NCBI GenBank assembly: GCA_033764955.1
Contig: JANRIL010000041.1
Location: forward strand, 58,408-122,407
Direction of reading: 5' to 3'
DNA from: Cyanobacteriota bacterium
GTDB taxonomy: Bacteria; Cyanobacteriota; Cyanobacteriia; Thermostichales; Thermostichaceae
Length of the DNA: 64,000 bases
The translations under genes and the position numbers were made by a program. Positions within the stretch are counted from its first letter, which is position 1; each line of letters begins with the position of its first letter. Shown here piece by piece: positions 18,379 through 29,664 of the stretch. Below the pieces are notes generated by a model, which worked only from the letters and a program-made list of their open reading frames with translations, had not been told where the DNA came from and searched no databases.

Positions 18379-19386
18379 TCAATCCACCCAGGCACGGGGC
18401 TGCCGTAACACGTCATAGAGGCGAGCCTCCCAGCTCCCCATCGGCGGTTGATAGCCATACTCCCAGCGCACCAAGGGGGGCAGCGACATCAAGATAGACT
18501 CGGTACGCCCATTGGTTTGTAGGCCAAAAATCGTGCCCCGGTCATAGACCAGGTTAAATTCCACGTAGCGCCCCCGCCGATAAAGCTGAAACTGTCGTTC
18601 CGCTTCCCCCCAAGGGGTGGCTTGCCGCCGCTCCACAATCGGCACATAGGCAGGCAAAAAGGCATTGGCACACGACTGCACCAAATCGAATAAATCCTGC
18701 CAACTGCGCGCTCCGACAGTCTGGGCAACCGCTTCCGGCAAAACCAGTTGACTGGGCTGATGGTCTCCACTGCGATAAATCAATCCGGGTTGAGAATCTT
18801 GATAGTCAAAAAAGAGTCCACCAATACCCCGCCCCTCTCCCCGATGGGGCAAATAGAAATAGCGATCACACCAATACTTAAACACCCCATAATAGGCCGG
18901 ATCATGGGCATCGCAGGCCGCCTTCAGCTTGGCATGAAAATGCTGGGCATCCTCCTCAAACAGATAGTAGGGGGTTAGATCAATCCCTCCCCCAAACCAC
19001 CAAACCGGCCCCGCCTCAAAATAGCGATAGTTGAGGTGAACGGTAGGAACATAAGGATTGCGGGGATGTAAGACCATCGAAGTCCCCGTGGCATAAAACT
19101 CATGCCCAGCCGCTTCCGGTCTTTGCTTGAGAATCGAGGGAGGGAGAGTCGAGCCAAACACCTCCGAGAAATTCACTCCCCCCTGCTCAAACACTCCTCC
19201 TTCCCGCAACACCCGCGAGCGTCCACCCCCCCCTTCCGGTCGTTGCCACTGATCTTCCTGGAATTGGCTTTTGCCATCTAACGTTGCTAGGCGATGACAG
19301 ATGTCCTCCTGCAACTGTTGAAGAAATTGGCTGACCTGTTGGCGACTGGTATGGGGAGGGGCAAGTGGGGAGGAAGTAGCCATCAT
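18379..19386 (-). CDS. hemF: Oxygen-dependent coproporphyrinogen III oxidase
   Basis: [41 protein letters not shown]. Confidence 0.98.
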   Translation of the reverse strand: MMATSSPLAPPHTSRQQVSQFLQQLQEDICHRLATLDGKSQFQEDQWQRPEGGGGRSRVLREGGVFEQGGVNFSEVFGSTLPPSILKQRPEAAGHEFYATGTSMVLHPRNPYVPTVHLNYRYFEAGPVWWFGGGIDLTPYYLFEEDAQHFHAKLKAACDAHDPAYYGVFKYWCDRYFYLPHRGEGRGIGGLFFDYQDSQPGLIYRSGDHQPSQLVLPEAVAQTVGARSWQDLFDLVQSCANAFLPAYVPIVERRQATPWGEAERQFQLYRRGRYVEFNLVYDRGTIFGLQTNGRTESILMSLPPLVRWEYGYQPPMGSWEARLYDVLRQPRAWVD

Positions 19387-19482
19387 GGGGAGTAAAGATT
19401 TTTCAAGGTAACGAGCGATGGGCAGAAGGGGGCTGAGGGATCCGATCCCTCCTGATCTGGCTCGATGATTTGCTCGATTATT

Positions 19483-19725
19483 TTAGGTGGGAACTGGCTC
19501 ATGTGGGCGAAGCTTGACCCATTTGTTACGTTCTTCCCGAAAGCTTTGGCATCCCACTACATCCCATTCCATCTCCCGTCCGCCATTGCGGATGTTGACG
19601 TTGATTTCGGGCTGAATTGGCTCAAAATCAGGGGTGAGGGTGAGATGGGGCTGTTGGTGCTGATCTTCAACCGCATGATAGGTCAGGCAGCGATCCACAT
19701 AGTGACAATGAATACAGATACACAT
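19483..19725 (-). CDS. ycf34: Ycf34 small Fe-S protein
   Basis: MCICIHCHYVDRCLTYHAVE..H...MEWDVVGC. Confidence 0.92.
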   Translation of the reverse strand: MCICIHCHYVDRCLTYHAVEDQHQQPHLTLTPDFEPIQPEINVNIRNGGREMEWDVVGCQSFREERNKWVKLRPHEPVPT

Positions 19726-20189
19726 GCCAGCCCTGCCTCCTTATTTACCCAGGCCAATCATTTATCGGAACTCGTCTTTCCCCACAACCGATGGGATCCA
19801 CAGGTGATGAAGCCATCCTTGATCTATAGCGAATTGATCCCTCCTTTGCCCACCTCATCCTTGACAACTTGGCTCACTCCATTCACAAAGAGAACTTATC
19901 CACTTCCTCCTCCGAAACCCAGGCAGAGCCTAGCCTGAAAGGGGGGGGGAGGGATCCCTCTGGACGAAACTAGAGGAAGCTGCTAAGTTTGCGGGTATAG
20001 CTAGTAGTCCAGGATACCGTCAAAACACGAGACTTTAGGGTAGTAGGTTAGATAACGGCTCAGTCATGCTTAGGAATGAGTGCAATTCATTACTGGGTTA
20101 ATCAAAGGGGTTATGGCAAAAGTTAGCGCCGCCGATCCTTGCATGGGTTGGGCATGGCTTGTCTGCCATGAGACAGCAGGGTTGCGCCT

Positions 20190-22694
20190 ATGACCACACA
20201 ACCCGCCGCAGTGCCTGTCTCACTGATTGGACTGATGGCTTCTACGGTTGGGCTAGGGCTTGCTTTGCTGGGCTTTTATCAGGTCGAGTCTGAGGATTTA
20301 AGGGAACAAGCCCTCAATCAGCAGACAGCCAGAGCAGAAAGGCTTGCCCAGGGCTTAGAAGCCTATCTGATTTCGGCTCAGCAGGTTGTCCAAACCACCA
20401 CGGCCTTGTTCACAGAAGTCCCTCCTCCCCCGTTAGCCTCTCCGGATCCGCAAAGCAGCCCTCCGGCGATTTCCAGAGTATTCCCCAGCAACTCGGCGGC
20501 TATCGCTGACGGCTTGCAGCGAATTTTGTCCTCTACACCGGCAGAGGCCGTCTATGGGATTGGGGTTTGGTATCAACCCTATGCCTGGGATCCCGACCTC
20601 CTCAACTTTAGTTCCTATCAATCCCGTCCCTTGGCTGGATCCCCTCTTCCCATCCCTGACCCCAATCAACTCAACAGTGACTATCGGCAGCAGCCGTGGT
20701 ATCAAGCGGCAGTGTCCGGGCAAGGGGATCCCGTCTTTACCCAGCCCTTCGTGGACAGCGATGGTGTTTATGTAACGGTGGCAGAAGCGTTTTATCAGGG
20801 AGAAGCCCTGGCAGGGGTGGTGAGGGTTGATGTGGTGCTCCCTCAACTCAATGACTTCATTGTGGAGGCTAGCCTCAATGGGGCTGAGTTTAGCTACATG
20901 ACCAGTGGCGAGGGATCCCTGTTCATCCATCCATTTCAGGAGCAACTGCTGGCGGCAGCTCGGCAAGCAGGGGAGGATCCCGACAGCCTAAACGATCTAT
21001 CGCACGAGGACTGGCGGAGATTCCAAGAGGGTTATTTTACCTCCCCTCGCCAAGAAGCTCAGGTTGTGGTCAACCCCGTCGGCTGGAAACTCTATATCAA
21101 CTCCGCCCAAAAGGATTGGCTAGTAGAAGTGGGGCAGTTGCAGCGCGATCTCTTAGGGGTGGGGGGGTTAGCCTGGACAGGCTTGGCCTTGCTGTGGTTA
21201 GGGTGGCAACGCATCAACAACCAAACTCAGCGCACCCTGAAACTGGAGCATGAAAAAGCCCGCCTAGAACGAGAGATCTCGGAGCGAAAGCGCACCGAGA
21301 TGATGCTGCGTCAGCAGGAATTTCAACTGCGCGAGCAAGCCAAACAACTCGATTTTGAAGAACACCACGACTCTCTCACCAAACTGCCCAACCGCAACTG
21401 GCTGTTGATCCGGCTTCAGACCGCCCTGGATCGCGCCCATACCTATTCCGACTATCAATTTGCCCTGTTGTTTTTAGACTTGGATCGCTTCAAAGTTCTC
21501 AACGATAGCCTAGGGCATGATCTGGGGGATCAGGTTTTGAAGGGTCTAGCCAAAAAATTAGAAGCCTGTCTGCGGGTAGTAGATGCGGTGGCGCGTTGGG
21601 GAGGAGATGAGTTTGTGATTTTGTTGGATTATTTGTCAGAAGAAAAAGAAGCCCTCAAAATTGCGGAACAAATTCAAGCAACTCTCCGCACGCCGTTAGT
21701 GATTGATCGGCAAGATGTCTTTGTCACCGCCAGCATCGGGATTGCCCTCAGCAACCCAACCTACGATAAACCAGAAGATTTGCTGCGAGATGCCGATATT
21801 GCGGTGCATCGTGCCAAAGTCCAGGGCAGAAATTGCTATGAAATTTTTAACCCAGATATGCATAGCGAAGCCGTTGCCTTGCTCCAAATTGAGTCCAACC
21901 TGCGACGAGTGATCGACCAAATTCAAGCGGATCCCGATCAGGAGCAAGAACTCCAGGTTTACTACCAACCCATTCTCTGCCTAGAGACTCAACAGGTGGA
22001 GGGATTTGAGGCTTTGGTGCGTTGGCAGCATCCTACCTTGGGCATGGTGCAGCCGGATCGGTTTATCTACACGGCTGAGGAAACCGGCTTAATCACAGCC
22101 ATCGACGAATGGATATTGCGGCAAGCCTGCCTACAGCTCCAAAAGTGGCAACAACAATTCCCCACCCTACGACCCCTCAGCGTCAGTGTGAATCTTTCGG
22201 GGCGTGATTTTACCCAACCCCGCCTCTTAAACTGGATCGACCGCGTTTTAGAAGAAACCGGTTTGCCCCCCAGCAACCTTAAGCTGGAAATGACCGAAAG
22301 CAGTGTCATGAGTGAAATGGAGAGTGTGATTCAAATCCTCCATCAACTGCGGACACGCGGGATCCCCATCTGCATTGATGATTTTGGAACGGGCTATTCT
22401 TCCCTTAGTTATTTACACCGCTTTCCCATTGATGTTCTGAAAATTGACCGTGCTTTTGTCGATCACATGGGAGAACAGGCTGAGCAGGATGCCACGGTTA
22501 AAGCGATTATCACGCTTGCCCACAGCCTCAACCTGACAGTGATTGCCGAAGGAATTGAAACCCCCGCCCAAGCTGCCCAACTCAGGCGGCTGGGGGCAGA
22601 ACAGGGACAGGGATACTATTTCTCCCGACCTCTCAATCTAGAAGCGGCCACTGACTATCTGCGACGCTGCCAGGGATCCCTGATCCCTTCTTAA
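20190..22694 (+). CDS. Membrane Cache-domain sensor with GGDEF and EAL domains
   Basis: Two TMs; [37 protein letters not shown]. Confidence 0.93.
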   Translation: MTTQPAAVPVSLIGLMASTVGLGLALLGFYQVESEDLREQALNQQTARAERLAQGLEAYLISAQQVVQTTTALFTEVPPPPLASPDPQSSPPAISRVFPSNSAAIADGLQRILSSTPAEAVYGIGVWYQPYAWDPDLLNFSSYQSRPLAGSPLPIPDPNQLNSDYRQQPWYQAAVSGQGDPVFTQPFVDSDGVYVTVAEAFYQGEALAGVVRVDVVLPQLNDFIVEASLNGAEFSYMTSGEGSLFIHPFQEQLLAAARQAGEDPDSLNDLSHEDWRRFQEGYFTSPRQEAQVVVNPVGWKLYINSAQKDWLVEVGQLQRDLLGVGGLAWTGLALLWLGWQRINNQTQRTLKLEHEKARLEREISERKRTEMMLRQQEFQLREQAKQLDFEEHHDSLTKLPNRNWLLIRLQTALDRAHTYSDYQFALLFLDLDRFKVLNDSLGHDLGDQVLKGLAKKLEACLRVVDAVARWGGDEFVILLDYLSEEKEALKIAEQIQATLRTPLVIDRQDVFVTASIGIALSNPTYDKPEDLLRDADIAVHRAKVQGRNCYEIFNPDMHSEAVALLQIESNLRRVIDQIQADPDQEQELQVYYQPILCLETQQVEGFEALVRWQHPTLGMVQPDRFIYTAEETGLITAIDEWILRQACLQLQKWQQQFPTLRPLSVSVNLSGRDFTQPRLLNWIDRVLEETGLPPSNLKLEMTESSVMSEMESVIQILHQLRTRGIPICIDDFGTGYSSLSYLHRFPIDVLKIDRAFVDHMGEQAEQDATVKAIITLAHSLNLTVIAEGIETPAQAAQLRRLGAEQGQGYYFSRPLNLEAATDYLRRCQGSLIPS

Positions 22695-22744
22695 GAGCTA
22701 GCGACTAGCTAGAAACGGCTGCATAGCCAGATGTTCCCAGCCAA

Positions 22745-22774
22745 TTGACGGGCAGCTTGACTCTTCAGTATGAT
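22745..22774 (+). promoter_or_regulatory. sigma70-type promoter of tRNA-Leu (TTGACG-N18-TATGAT)
   Basis: Near-consensus boxes ending 15 nt before the tRNA 5' end. Confidence 0.65.
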
Positions 22775-22789
22775 AACTAAGGGTTAAAT

Positions 22790-22869
22790 GGGCGAGTGGC
22801 GAAATTGGTAGACGCACCGCACTCAAAATGCGGCGGGAAACCATGTCGGTTCGAGTCCGACCTTGCCCA
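22790..22869 (+). tRNA. tRNA-Leu(CAA)
   Basis: Acceptor GGGCGAG/CTTGCCC+A; D-loop TTGGTAGAC; anticodon stem CCGCA-CTCAAAA-TGCGG; long variable arm; GGTTCGAGTCC; CCA not encoded. Confidence 0.96.
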
Positions 22870-22970
22870 TCATGGTTGAAGCAATTAGCTGCATTATCAT
22901 AGCTTTCGAGACGAATGCAGGTTGGCTCTGAAGTCGGTGACTATGAATATTTCCATCATGATGTTCACTT

Positions 22971-23135
22971 GTTGAAGTGGGCAATCTCCACATCAACCGG
23001 GGTATTGCAGGGGGAGTTGTGGCTGGTCAGCCCTTTGGGGACTTCAAAATGTCGGGGGCAGGATCCAAAGCCGGTGGCTCCGATTATCTGCTGCAATTTT
23101 TAGAGCCGCGTGTCATCACTGAAAATATTCAAGGC
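22971..23135 (+). pseudogene. putA: C-terminal fragment of PutA / P5C dehydrogenase
   Basis: EVGNLHINRGIAG.VV..QPFG.FKMSG.GSKAGG.DYLLQFLEPR.ITENIQ matches the PutA ALDH C-terminus; no upstream domains. Confidence 0.8.
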
Positions 23136-23285
23136 AGGGATTTGCCCCGATTGAGGGAGCGGAAAATTAGGCAAGGGGATCCCTGTCTAACCCAGAGACA
23201 GCAAGAGATCTGCCACATTGCCATTGACGTTGAGATAGCTTCTGACTAGCCTAAAATCATCCTCACCACTACGTGGAGAAATTGT

Positions 23286-24098
23286 ATGGTAGGCTCCCCC
23301 ACCTGGTTCCTCGCAGCCGGACTCTCGCTTGCCTCCCTAATCGCGGTAGGAGTAACTATCATCCACCCAGAGCGAGAGGGGTTCTTAACCGAGGGGGAGT
23401 ATCCAGTCACCGCCTCTAGTCATGCCTTGAGTCATCCGTTGCACCAAGCCATTCAACAGGGATCCCTGACGGAGGTTGTCTCACTGCTGCGCCAAGGGGC
23501 GGATCCTAATCACCCACAGAATGGCCTGACCGCTCTCCACCTAGCTACCCAGGTGGGCAACCCGACGATCATGCAAGTGGTAATGGCGGCAGGAGCTGAT
23601 TTGGAAGCTCGTGATCCAGACGGCAAAACTCCCCTGGTTTACTCCCTCCACCATTCGGATCCTGATGGGATGGAGATTCTGTTGGATCAAGGAGCAGATC
23701 CCAACACTCAGGACAACAACCTCTGGACTCCATTGGAACATGCCGCTTGGTTGAGGCGCACAGAACAGGTTGCTATACTCCTCAATGCCGGAGTAGATGT
23801 GAATGCGCGGGATGCCTGCGGTCGTTCCAGCCTGCATTATGCCGTTTGGGTCAATGACTGGGAAATTGTGCGACAGTTGCTAGCCGCAGGTGCTGATGTG
23901 AATGCGCGGGATCGCTGCTGTGCTTCGGTGTTGCACTGGGCAGCCAAAGCTGGAAATCCAGAGATGGTGGGCTACTTGATTGCTGCTGGAGCCGACATTC
24001 ACGCCAACGGCAGTCAGGGGTCTGTGATGGACTGGGCCACACCGGAGGTAGTTCCCATTCTGCGATCTGCCCAAACTCTGGCGCAGGCTAGCTACTAA
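23286..24098 (+). CDS. Ankyrin-repeat protein with N-terminal hydrophobic anchor
   Basis: About 6 repeats of G.TPLH.A...LL..GAD.N. Confidence 0.93.
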   Translation: MVGSPTWFLAAGLSLASLIAVGVTIIHPEREGFLTEGEYPVTASSHALSHPLHQAIQQGSLTEVVSLLRQGADPNHPQNGLTALHLATQVGNPTIMQVVMAAGADLEARDPDGKTPLVYSLHHSDPDGMEILLDQGADPNTQDNNLWTPLEHAAWLRRTEQVAILLNAGVDVNARDACGRSSLHYAVWVNDWEIVRQLLAAGADVNARDRCCASVLHWAAKAGNPEMVGYLIAAGADIHANGSQGSVMDWATPEVVPILRSAQTLAQASY

Positions 24099-24182
24099 CC
24101 TATTGCCTGACAACTCCTCTCTCCACTACCAACGAGAGTGACCTGTTGTCTGTACATTCTCAGCCATCGAACTCAGGTTATG

Positions 24183-24470
24183 TTAATCTAACTGATTCAC
24201 TTTTGCCGACGATTTCTGACCTAAAAACCAATAGAGTTCAGCCACGATCAACCCCACTCCTAACCCCGTCACCCCAAGTTTGAGGGGGAGGGGTTGCTCC
24301 ATTTTGGGAAACCGTTGCCTGGATGGCTGCTCATGTCTGGGATCCCTTGCCTCTTTCGGAAAAGAGCTGGGGGTAGCCGGAGTCAGGCCGGCACTGCCCA
24401 GGAGCAACGTCAAGCTGAGCAGGGATCCCGTTAGGCAGACATGGAGTAGGGGTGAGAAAGGCAGTCGCAT
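24183..24470 (-). CDS. Small membrane protein of the copper operon (resembles the N-terminus of cyanobacterial cupredoxin-domain proteins)
   Basis: Signal-like N-terminus; EQPLPLK.GVT.LG.GLI..ELYWFL; 25 bp after the ATPase. Confidence 0.6.
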   Translation of the reverse strand: MRLPFSPLLHVCLTGSLLSLTLLLGSAGLTPATPSSFPKEARDPRHEQPSRQRFPKMEQPLPLKLGVTGLGVGLIVAELYWFLGQKSSAKVNQLD

Positions 24471-24495
24471 CGAGAAGTAGGGGTAGGGGGACTAG

Positions 24496-26811
24496 CTAGG
24501 GGATCCCAGCGGAAAAGCGGCGCAGACGCAGTGCATTACTAACCACAGAAAGTGAGCTAACCGCCATCGCCGCCCCCGCCAGCATCGGGTTGAGCAGGAT
24601 CCCCCAGGCTGGATAGAGCAGCCCCGCCGCAATCGGGATCCCTAGAACGTTGTAGATATAGGCAAAGAAGAGGTTTTGGCGGATGTTGTGGAGAGTAGCG
24701 CGGCTGAGATGGATGGCCGTAGCAAGCATCCGCAAGTCCCCCGATAAGAGGGTAATATCACTGGCGGCAATGGCTACGTCGGTTCCCGTGCCAATGGCGA
24801 TGCCCACATCCGCCTGGGCGAGTGCCGGAGCATCGTTAATGCCATCTCCCACCATCCCCACAACTTTGCCCTGGGCTTGCAGAGCGCGAATCACTCCCGC
24901 TTTTTGGTCGGGTCGAACCTGAGCCATCACCTGGTCGATGCCCACTTGCTGAGCGATGGCGGTGGCGGTAGCGGTTTGATCTCCCGTCAGCATCACCACC
25001 TCTAGCCCCATCCGTTTTAGGGATCCCACCGCGTCCGCCGCTGAGGGTTTAAGGGGATCCGCGATAGCAATAGCTCCCCGCTGCTGGGATCCCACCGCCA
25101 CATAAACCATGGTTTGACCGGAGGTTTCTGCCATCGGGTCCAAAGGTAAGGGGGGATCAAGGCTGCCGATCTGATTTTCCCGCAACCAGCTTTGATTACC
25201 AATCCGAATGGTTTCTCCCTCCACGACCGCCACCACCCCACTGCCGGGAACCGCCTCAAATTGACTGGCCGGGGGTAGGGTTAATCCAGCGGCTAGCGCA
25301 TGGTTAACAATGGCCTCCGCGAGGGGATGCTCCGATAGCCGCTCAACCGCCGCCGCCCATCTCAGCAGTTGCAGGGGATTTTTCTCCTGGTCAATCACTC
25401 CCGTCACCGTCGGTTTGCCCTGGGTCAAGGTGCCAGTTTTGTCAAAAACAAGAGTGGTTAGGCGGTGAACTTGCTCTAAGCTGTCAGCCCGCTTAAAAAG
25501 GATCCCCAATTCGGCTCCTTTGCCCATGCCCACCATAACCGAGGTGGGGGTGGCTAACCCCAACGCACAGGGGCAGGCAATGATCAGCACCGTAGCTGCC
25601 GTCAGAGTCGCCACCGTCAGATTGCCCATCCACCAAAACCAGAGGAGAAAGGTGGTGATGGCGATAGCGATCACCACGGGCACAAACCAGCCGGTAATCT
25701 GATCCGCTAACTTTTGAATGGGTGCCTTTGAGGATTGTGCCTGTTTCACCAACTGCACGATTTGCGCCAGCACCGTAGCTTTGCCCACCCGACTGGCTCG
25801 CATTTGAAAACTGCCCAGTTTGTTGATGGTGGCTCCGATCACCTCGTCCCCCACCTGCTTGTGAACCGGAAAACTCTCCCCACTGATCATGCTTTCGTCC
25901 ACCGATGAAGATCCCGCCACCACCACGCCATCCACCGGGATCCCTTCGCCGGGACGCACCACCACCACCTCCCCCACCCCCACCTCCGCCAGGGGAATAT
26001 CGATCTCTTGGCTATCTCGAATCACCCGCGCCGTTTTGGGCTGCAACCCCAACAAATGGCGGATCGCCGCCGAGGTTTGCTGCTTAGCTCGACTTTCCAA
26101 CCGTTGACCCAGCAAAATCAGGGTGATCACCACCGCCGCTGATTCATAATAAACATCGGCAGGTAGCCCCTGACGGTGCCACCATTCAGGAAAAATTGTG
26201 GGAAACAAAGAATACCCATAGGCCACATGGGTTCCCAAGGCCACCAACGTATCCATAGTGGCAACATGATGGCGAAAAGCGCTCCAGGCTCCCCAGAGAA
26301 AGCGCCGCCCCGCCCAAAATTGGACAGGAGCCGTCAGCATAAGCTGCACCCACGGATTATGGAGCTGATGGGGGATCCCTGGAATGGGCAATCCGGTCAT
26401 CATGGGTAGGGATCCCACCACGACGATGCTGCTCAGGACGGCGCTGACCCATAGCTCCTGTTGCAGGCGACGATCAGCCTGTTGGCGGGCATGGTTAAGA
26501 GCCGCTTCCTCCCCCAGTCCATCGCTGGCGAGGGTGGCCTGATAACCCAGATCGGTGATGGTTTTTTGCAGGCTAGCGAGGGAGGTTTGCTGGGGATCAT
26601 AGCGGAGGGTAGCCTGTTCACTGGCAAAGCTGACACTACAGGCGATCACACCACGGGTGGATTGCAGCGTTTGCTCAATCGTGGTCGCACAACTGGCACA
26701 GCTCATCCCCTCTACATCCAGCAGCAGATCGGGGAAGTTCTGAGGGGAAGAGGGAACGGGGGAGGGATCCCTACGCTCTTGGGATGGGGGATGGGAAGAA
26801 AACGTAGTCAT
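24496..26811 (-). CDS. Cu(I)-translocating P1B-1 ATPase (PacS/CopA-like)
   Basis: GMSCASC, CPC, DKTGT, SEHP, GDGIND, YN and MxxSS motifs. Confidence 0.96.
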   Translation of the reverse strand: MTTFSSHPPSQERRDPSPVPSSPQNFPDLLLDVEGMSCASCATTIEQTLQSTRGVIACSVSFASEQATLRYDPQQTSLASLQKTITDLGYQATLASDGLGEEAALNHARQQADRRLQQELWVSAVLSSIVVVGSLPMMTGLPIPGIPHQLHNPWVQLMLTAPVQFWAGRRFLWGAWSAFRHHVATMDTLVALGTHVAYGYSLFPTIFPEWWHRQGLPADVYYESAAVVITLILLGQRLESRAKQQTSAAIRHLLGLQPKTARVIRDSQEIDIPLAEVGVGEVVVVRPGEGIPVDGVVVAGSSSVDESMISGESFPVHKQVGDEVIGATINKLGSFQMRASRVGKATVLAQIVQLVKQAQSSKAPIQKLADQITGWFVPVVIAIAITTFLLWFWWMGNLTVATLTAATVLIIACPCALGLATPTSVMVGMGKGAELGILFKRADSLEQVHRLTTLVFDKTGTLTQGKPTVTGVIDQEKNPLQLLRWAAAVERLSEHPLAEAIVNHALAAGLTLPPASQFEAVPGSGVVAVVEGETIRIGNQSWLRENQIGSLDPPLPLDPMAETSGQTMVYVAVGSQQRGAIAIADPLKPSAADAVGSLKRMGLEVVMLTGDQTATATAIAQQVGIDQVMAQVRPDQKAGVIRALQAQGKVVGMVGDGINDAPALAQADVGIAIGTGTDVAIAASDITLLSGDLRMLATAIHLSRATLHNIRQNLFFAYIYNVLGIPIAAGLLYPAWGILLNPMLAGAAMAVSSLSVVSNALRLRRFSAGIP

Positions 26812-26814
26812 GGT

Positions 26815-27009
26815 TTATTGGGGGGGATAACCTGCGGCTGCTAGAGTTTGCCGGATCTGCCCCTCCGGTTGCTGGCTGGTCACAATCACCTGCTTGGTTT
26901 TGGGATCCGCCTGCACCACCGCCTGCGGATCTAACTTCTGAATGGCCTGGGTAACGGTAGCTACGCAAGCACCACAAGCCAGTTTGGGAACATGAAATTG
27001 CAGAGCCAT
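26815..27009 (-). CDS. Copper chaperone (Atx1/CopZ-type HMA domain)
   Basis: 64 aa, LACGAC, ends AAAGYPP; start trimmed to ATG at 27009. Confidence 0.9.
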   Translation of the reverse strand: MALQFHVPKLACGACVATVTQAIQKLDPQAVVQADPKTKQVIVTSQQPEGQIRQTLAAAGYPPQ

Positions 27010-27046
27010 AAAGCCTGTGAAGAGAGTTTTTAGTAACGATAGATTC

Positions 27047-27078
27047 AGCCTAAAGTCTCCTGTCCACTGGAGAGTCAA
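27047..27078 (-). promoter_or_regulatory. MerR-type promoter/operator TTGACT-N20-TAGGCT with dyad TCTCCAGT-GG-ACAGGAGA
   Basis: Over-long spacer containing an inverted repeat, upstream of chaperone-ATPase and divergent from merR. Confidence 0.8.
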
Positions 27079-27164
27079 GAGGGATCCCTGCCTTTGTTGC
27101 CCTTTTTGGCTAGCCAGAGGGTTTACGATCGAGGAAGTTATCCTCCGGTAAGGCCACCTCAGCC

Positions 27165-27800
27165 ATGAAACCCTCACAATCCGAGATCCCCTCCCCAACC
27201 CTGCTGGCTTCCTCTCGACAGAGGGATCCTGGTCTGTCCGCCCTTCAGCCCAATCCAACGCTTAGGCCAGAGATTGATGGCGAAGGGGATCAAGAACAAG
27301 AAAAAATAGTGGGACTTTTGATCGGGCAGGTAGCGGCTGAAAGTGGGGTGCCGATCAAAACCATTCGCTTTTATGAAGAACAGGGATTACTCACTGCTCT
27401 AGGCCGTTCTGCGGGGGGATTTCGCTTATTTTCTGTAGATGTTTTGCCCCGTTTAGCTTTTATCAAGCGGGTACAAAAATTGGGGATGAGTCTACAAGAG
27501 ATCCGCGAGTTTCTTGACATCCGCGATCAAGGATCCTATCCCTGCGACAAAATCCACGAAAAACTCAAGGGCAAAATCCTCGATATTGACCAGCGGATTG
27601 AGCACCTGTTAAGCCTCAAGCACCATTTGCTCGACCTACTCACCGCTTGGGAAGCCCCCCCCCACATGGCAGGAAGCCACTATTTGCCCCAACCTGCAAC
27701 GGTGACCGCGATAGAAACTTCAGCCGCTCTCCCCCTGGCATCCGTGGGATCCCTAGGGATCCCTTCCCGACTTTCTCCCCCAGGCTCTAAGCTGAGATAA
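27165..27800 (+). CDS. MerR-family heavy-metal regulator, apparently frameshifted at a C9 tract (probable native end 27705; start may be GTG 27309)
   Basis: IGQVA..SGV..KTIRFYE..GLL; YPC; shifted frame gives ...WQEATICPNLQR*. Confidence 0.85.
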   Translation: MKPSQSEIPSPTLLASSRQRDPGLSALQPNPTLRPEIDGEGDQEQEKIVGLLIGQVAAESGVPIKTIRFYEEQGLLTALGRSAGGFRLFSVDVLPRLAFIKRVQKLGMSLQEIREFLDIRDQGSYPCDKIHEKLKGKILDIDQRIEHLLSLKHHLLDLLTAWEAPPHMAGSHYLPQPATVTAIETSAALPLASVGSLGIPSRLSPPGSKLR

Positions 27801-27846
27801 GCCTTTTTCGTAGGGCTAAGGCAGAGCGCAAATCGTTTGGACAGCT

Positions 27847-29664
27847 ATGACAACACGCACCCATTCACGCACCCATTACTGTGGGCAACTGGCATCGGCA
27901 GATATCGGCCAGCAGGTGACGCTATGCGGTTGGATCGACCGCCGCCGTGATCATGGGGGGGTGATTTTCCTCGATTTGCGGGATCGATCCGGTTTGGTGC
28001 AGTTGGTCAGCGATCCCCAAAAAACCCCTGACTCCTACGAGGTGGCGGGAGAAGTTCGCAGTGAATATGTGGTGCAGATCCACGGAACCGTTTGTGAGCG
28101 CCCACCAGAATCGGTCAACCCCCGCCTAGCCACGGGGACGATTGAGGTTTATGCCGATCGAATTGAGATCCTCAACCGGGTTGGCAAGCAACTGCCTTTT
28201 AGCATTACGGAAGGGGAAGCCGAATCGGTTCGAGAAGAAGTTCGGCTGAAATATCGCTATCTGGATCTGCGACGGCAGCAGATGTCGCAAAATCTGCAAC
28301 TGCGCCATCGGGTGGTGAAAGCCATCCGCCGATTTTTGGAAGATCACGAACACTTTATGGAAGTGGAGACTCCCATTCTGACCCGCTCCACCCCCGAAGG
28401 GGCACGGGATTATCTGGTGCCGAGTCGGGTTAACCCAGGGGAGTGGTTTGCTCTGCCGCAGTCTCCCCAATTGTTTAAGCAACTGCTGATGGTGGCCGGA
28501 TTGGATCGCTACTACCAAATTGCCCGCTGCTTTCGAGATGAAGACCTGCGCGCGGATCGCCAGCCGGAGTTCACCCAACTGGATATGGAAATGAGCTTTA
28601 TGGATCAGGCAGACATCCTGACCCTCAACGAGCGGCTGGTTTGCCACCTCTTTCAGACGATCAAAAACATTGAACTGCCCACCCCTTTTCCTCGCATCAC
28701 CTATGCCGAAGCGATGGATCGCTATGGCTGTGACCGTCCAGACACCCGCTTTGGCATGGAGTTGGTGGATGTCTCGAATTTTTTTCAAGGTACCCGCTTC
28801 AAAGTTTTCGCCAATGTTTTAGCTAGTGGCGGCATCATCAAAGTCTTGCCCATTGCGGGTGGGGACGAACTGATCTCCAACACCCGCATCAAACCAGGGG
28901 GAGATTTGTTCAAGTTAGCGGCTCAGTATGGGGCGCAGGGACTGGCTTTCATTCGCGTTCGTCCCGGCAACAGTTTGGATACGATTGGTGCCCTCAAAGA
29001 GAGCCTGAGCGAGGCACAACAAGCCCAGTTGCTAGAAAAAACCGGTTGCCAAACCGGAGATCTGCTACTTTTCGGAGCGGGTGCGCCCGCGATTGTCAAC
29101 GAGTCTCTTCATCGTCTCCGCTTGCATTTGGGCAAGGAGCTGGGGAGGATCCCGGCGGATGCGATTCATTTGCTTTGGGTGACCGACTTCCCCATGTTTG
29201 AATTTAATCCTGAGGAGCAGCGCCTACAAGCCATTCACCATCCCTTTACTGCCCCCAATCCCGCTGATTTAGGGGATTTACCGACGGCACGAGCCATTGC
29301 CTACGACCTAGTTTGGAATGGTATTGAAGTGGGTGGCGGCAGTCTACGCATCTATCAACGGGACATTCAAGAAAAAGTTTTTGCTGCTCTCGGTCTGGAT
29401 CTGGCCACAGCTCAGGAGAAGTTCGGATTTTTATTAGAAGCCTTTGAGTATGGTACTCCCCCCCACGGCGGCATTGCCTATGGGTTAGATCGTTTGGTCA
29501 TGTTGCTGGCCGGGGAAGACTCGATTCGAGATGTCATTGCGTTTCCAAAAACTCAACAGGCAAAATGCCTCCTCACGGGTGCTCCTTCATCGGTAGAAAG
29601 CAAACAACTGCGAGAGCTTTATGTGGCCTCTACCTATCAACCTACGGCAGAAAAGTCGACATGA
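27847..29664 (+). CDS. aspS: Aspartate--tRNA ligase
   Basis: [41 protein letters not shown]. Confidence 0.98.
   Translation: MTTRTHSRTHYCGQLASADIGQQVTLCGWIDRRRDHGGVIFLDLRDRSGLVQLVSDPQKTPDSYEVAGEVRSEYVVQIHGTVCERPPESVNPRLATGTIEVYADRIEILNRVGKQLPFSITEGEAESVREEVRLKYRYLDLRRQQMSQNLQLRHRVVKAIRRFLEDHEHFMEVETPILTRSTPEGARDYLVPSRVNPGEWFALPQSPQLFKQLLMVAGLDRYYQIARCFRDEDLRADRQPEFTQLDMEMSFMDQADILTLNERLVCHLFQTIKNIELPTPFPRITYAEAMDRYGCDRPDTRFGMELVDVSNFFQGTRFKVFANVLASGGIIKVLPIAGGDELISNTRIKPGGDLFKLAAQYGAQGLAFIRVRPGNSLDTIGALKESLSEAQQAQLLEKTGCQTGDLLLFGAGAPAIVNESLHRLRLHLGKELGRIPADAIHLLWVTDFPMFEFNPEEQRLQAIHHPFTAPNPADLGDLPTARAIAYDLVWNGIEVGGGSLRIYQRDIQEKVFAALGLDLATAQEKFGFLLEAFEYGTPPHGGIAYGLDRLVMLLAGEDSIRDVIAFPKTQQAKCLLTGAPSSVESKQLRELYVASTYQPTAEKST

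Noticed and set aside
16035..19386. Insertion loops in GlgB and HemF
   Set aside because: Similar insertions are typical of cyanobacterial orthologs; no intein or intron signature
19465..19938. 157-aa plus-strand ORF
   Set aside because: Antisense to the clearly recognisable ycf34
19939..20193. Possible c-di-GMP riboswitch or 26-codon uORF before the Cache-GGDEF-EAL gene; G9 tract
   Set aside because: No riboswitch consensus recognisable by eye; the uORF lacks support; an Rfam scan is needed
27010..27258. N-terminal extension of the copper chaperone ORF
   Set aside because: It overlaps the MerR promoter; the HMA domain starts at ATG 27009
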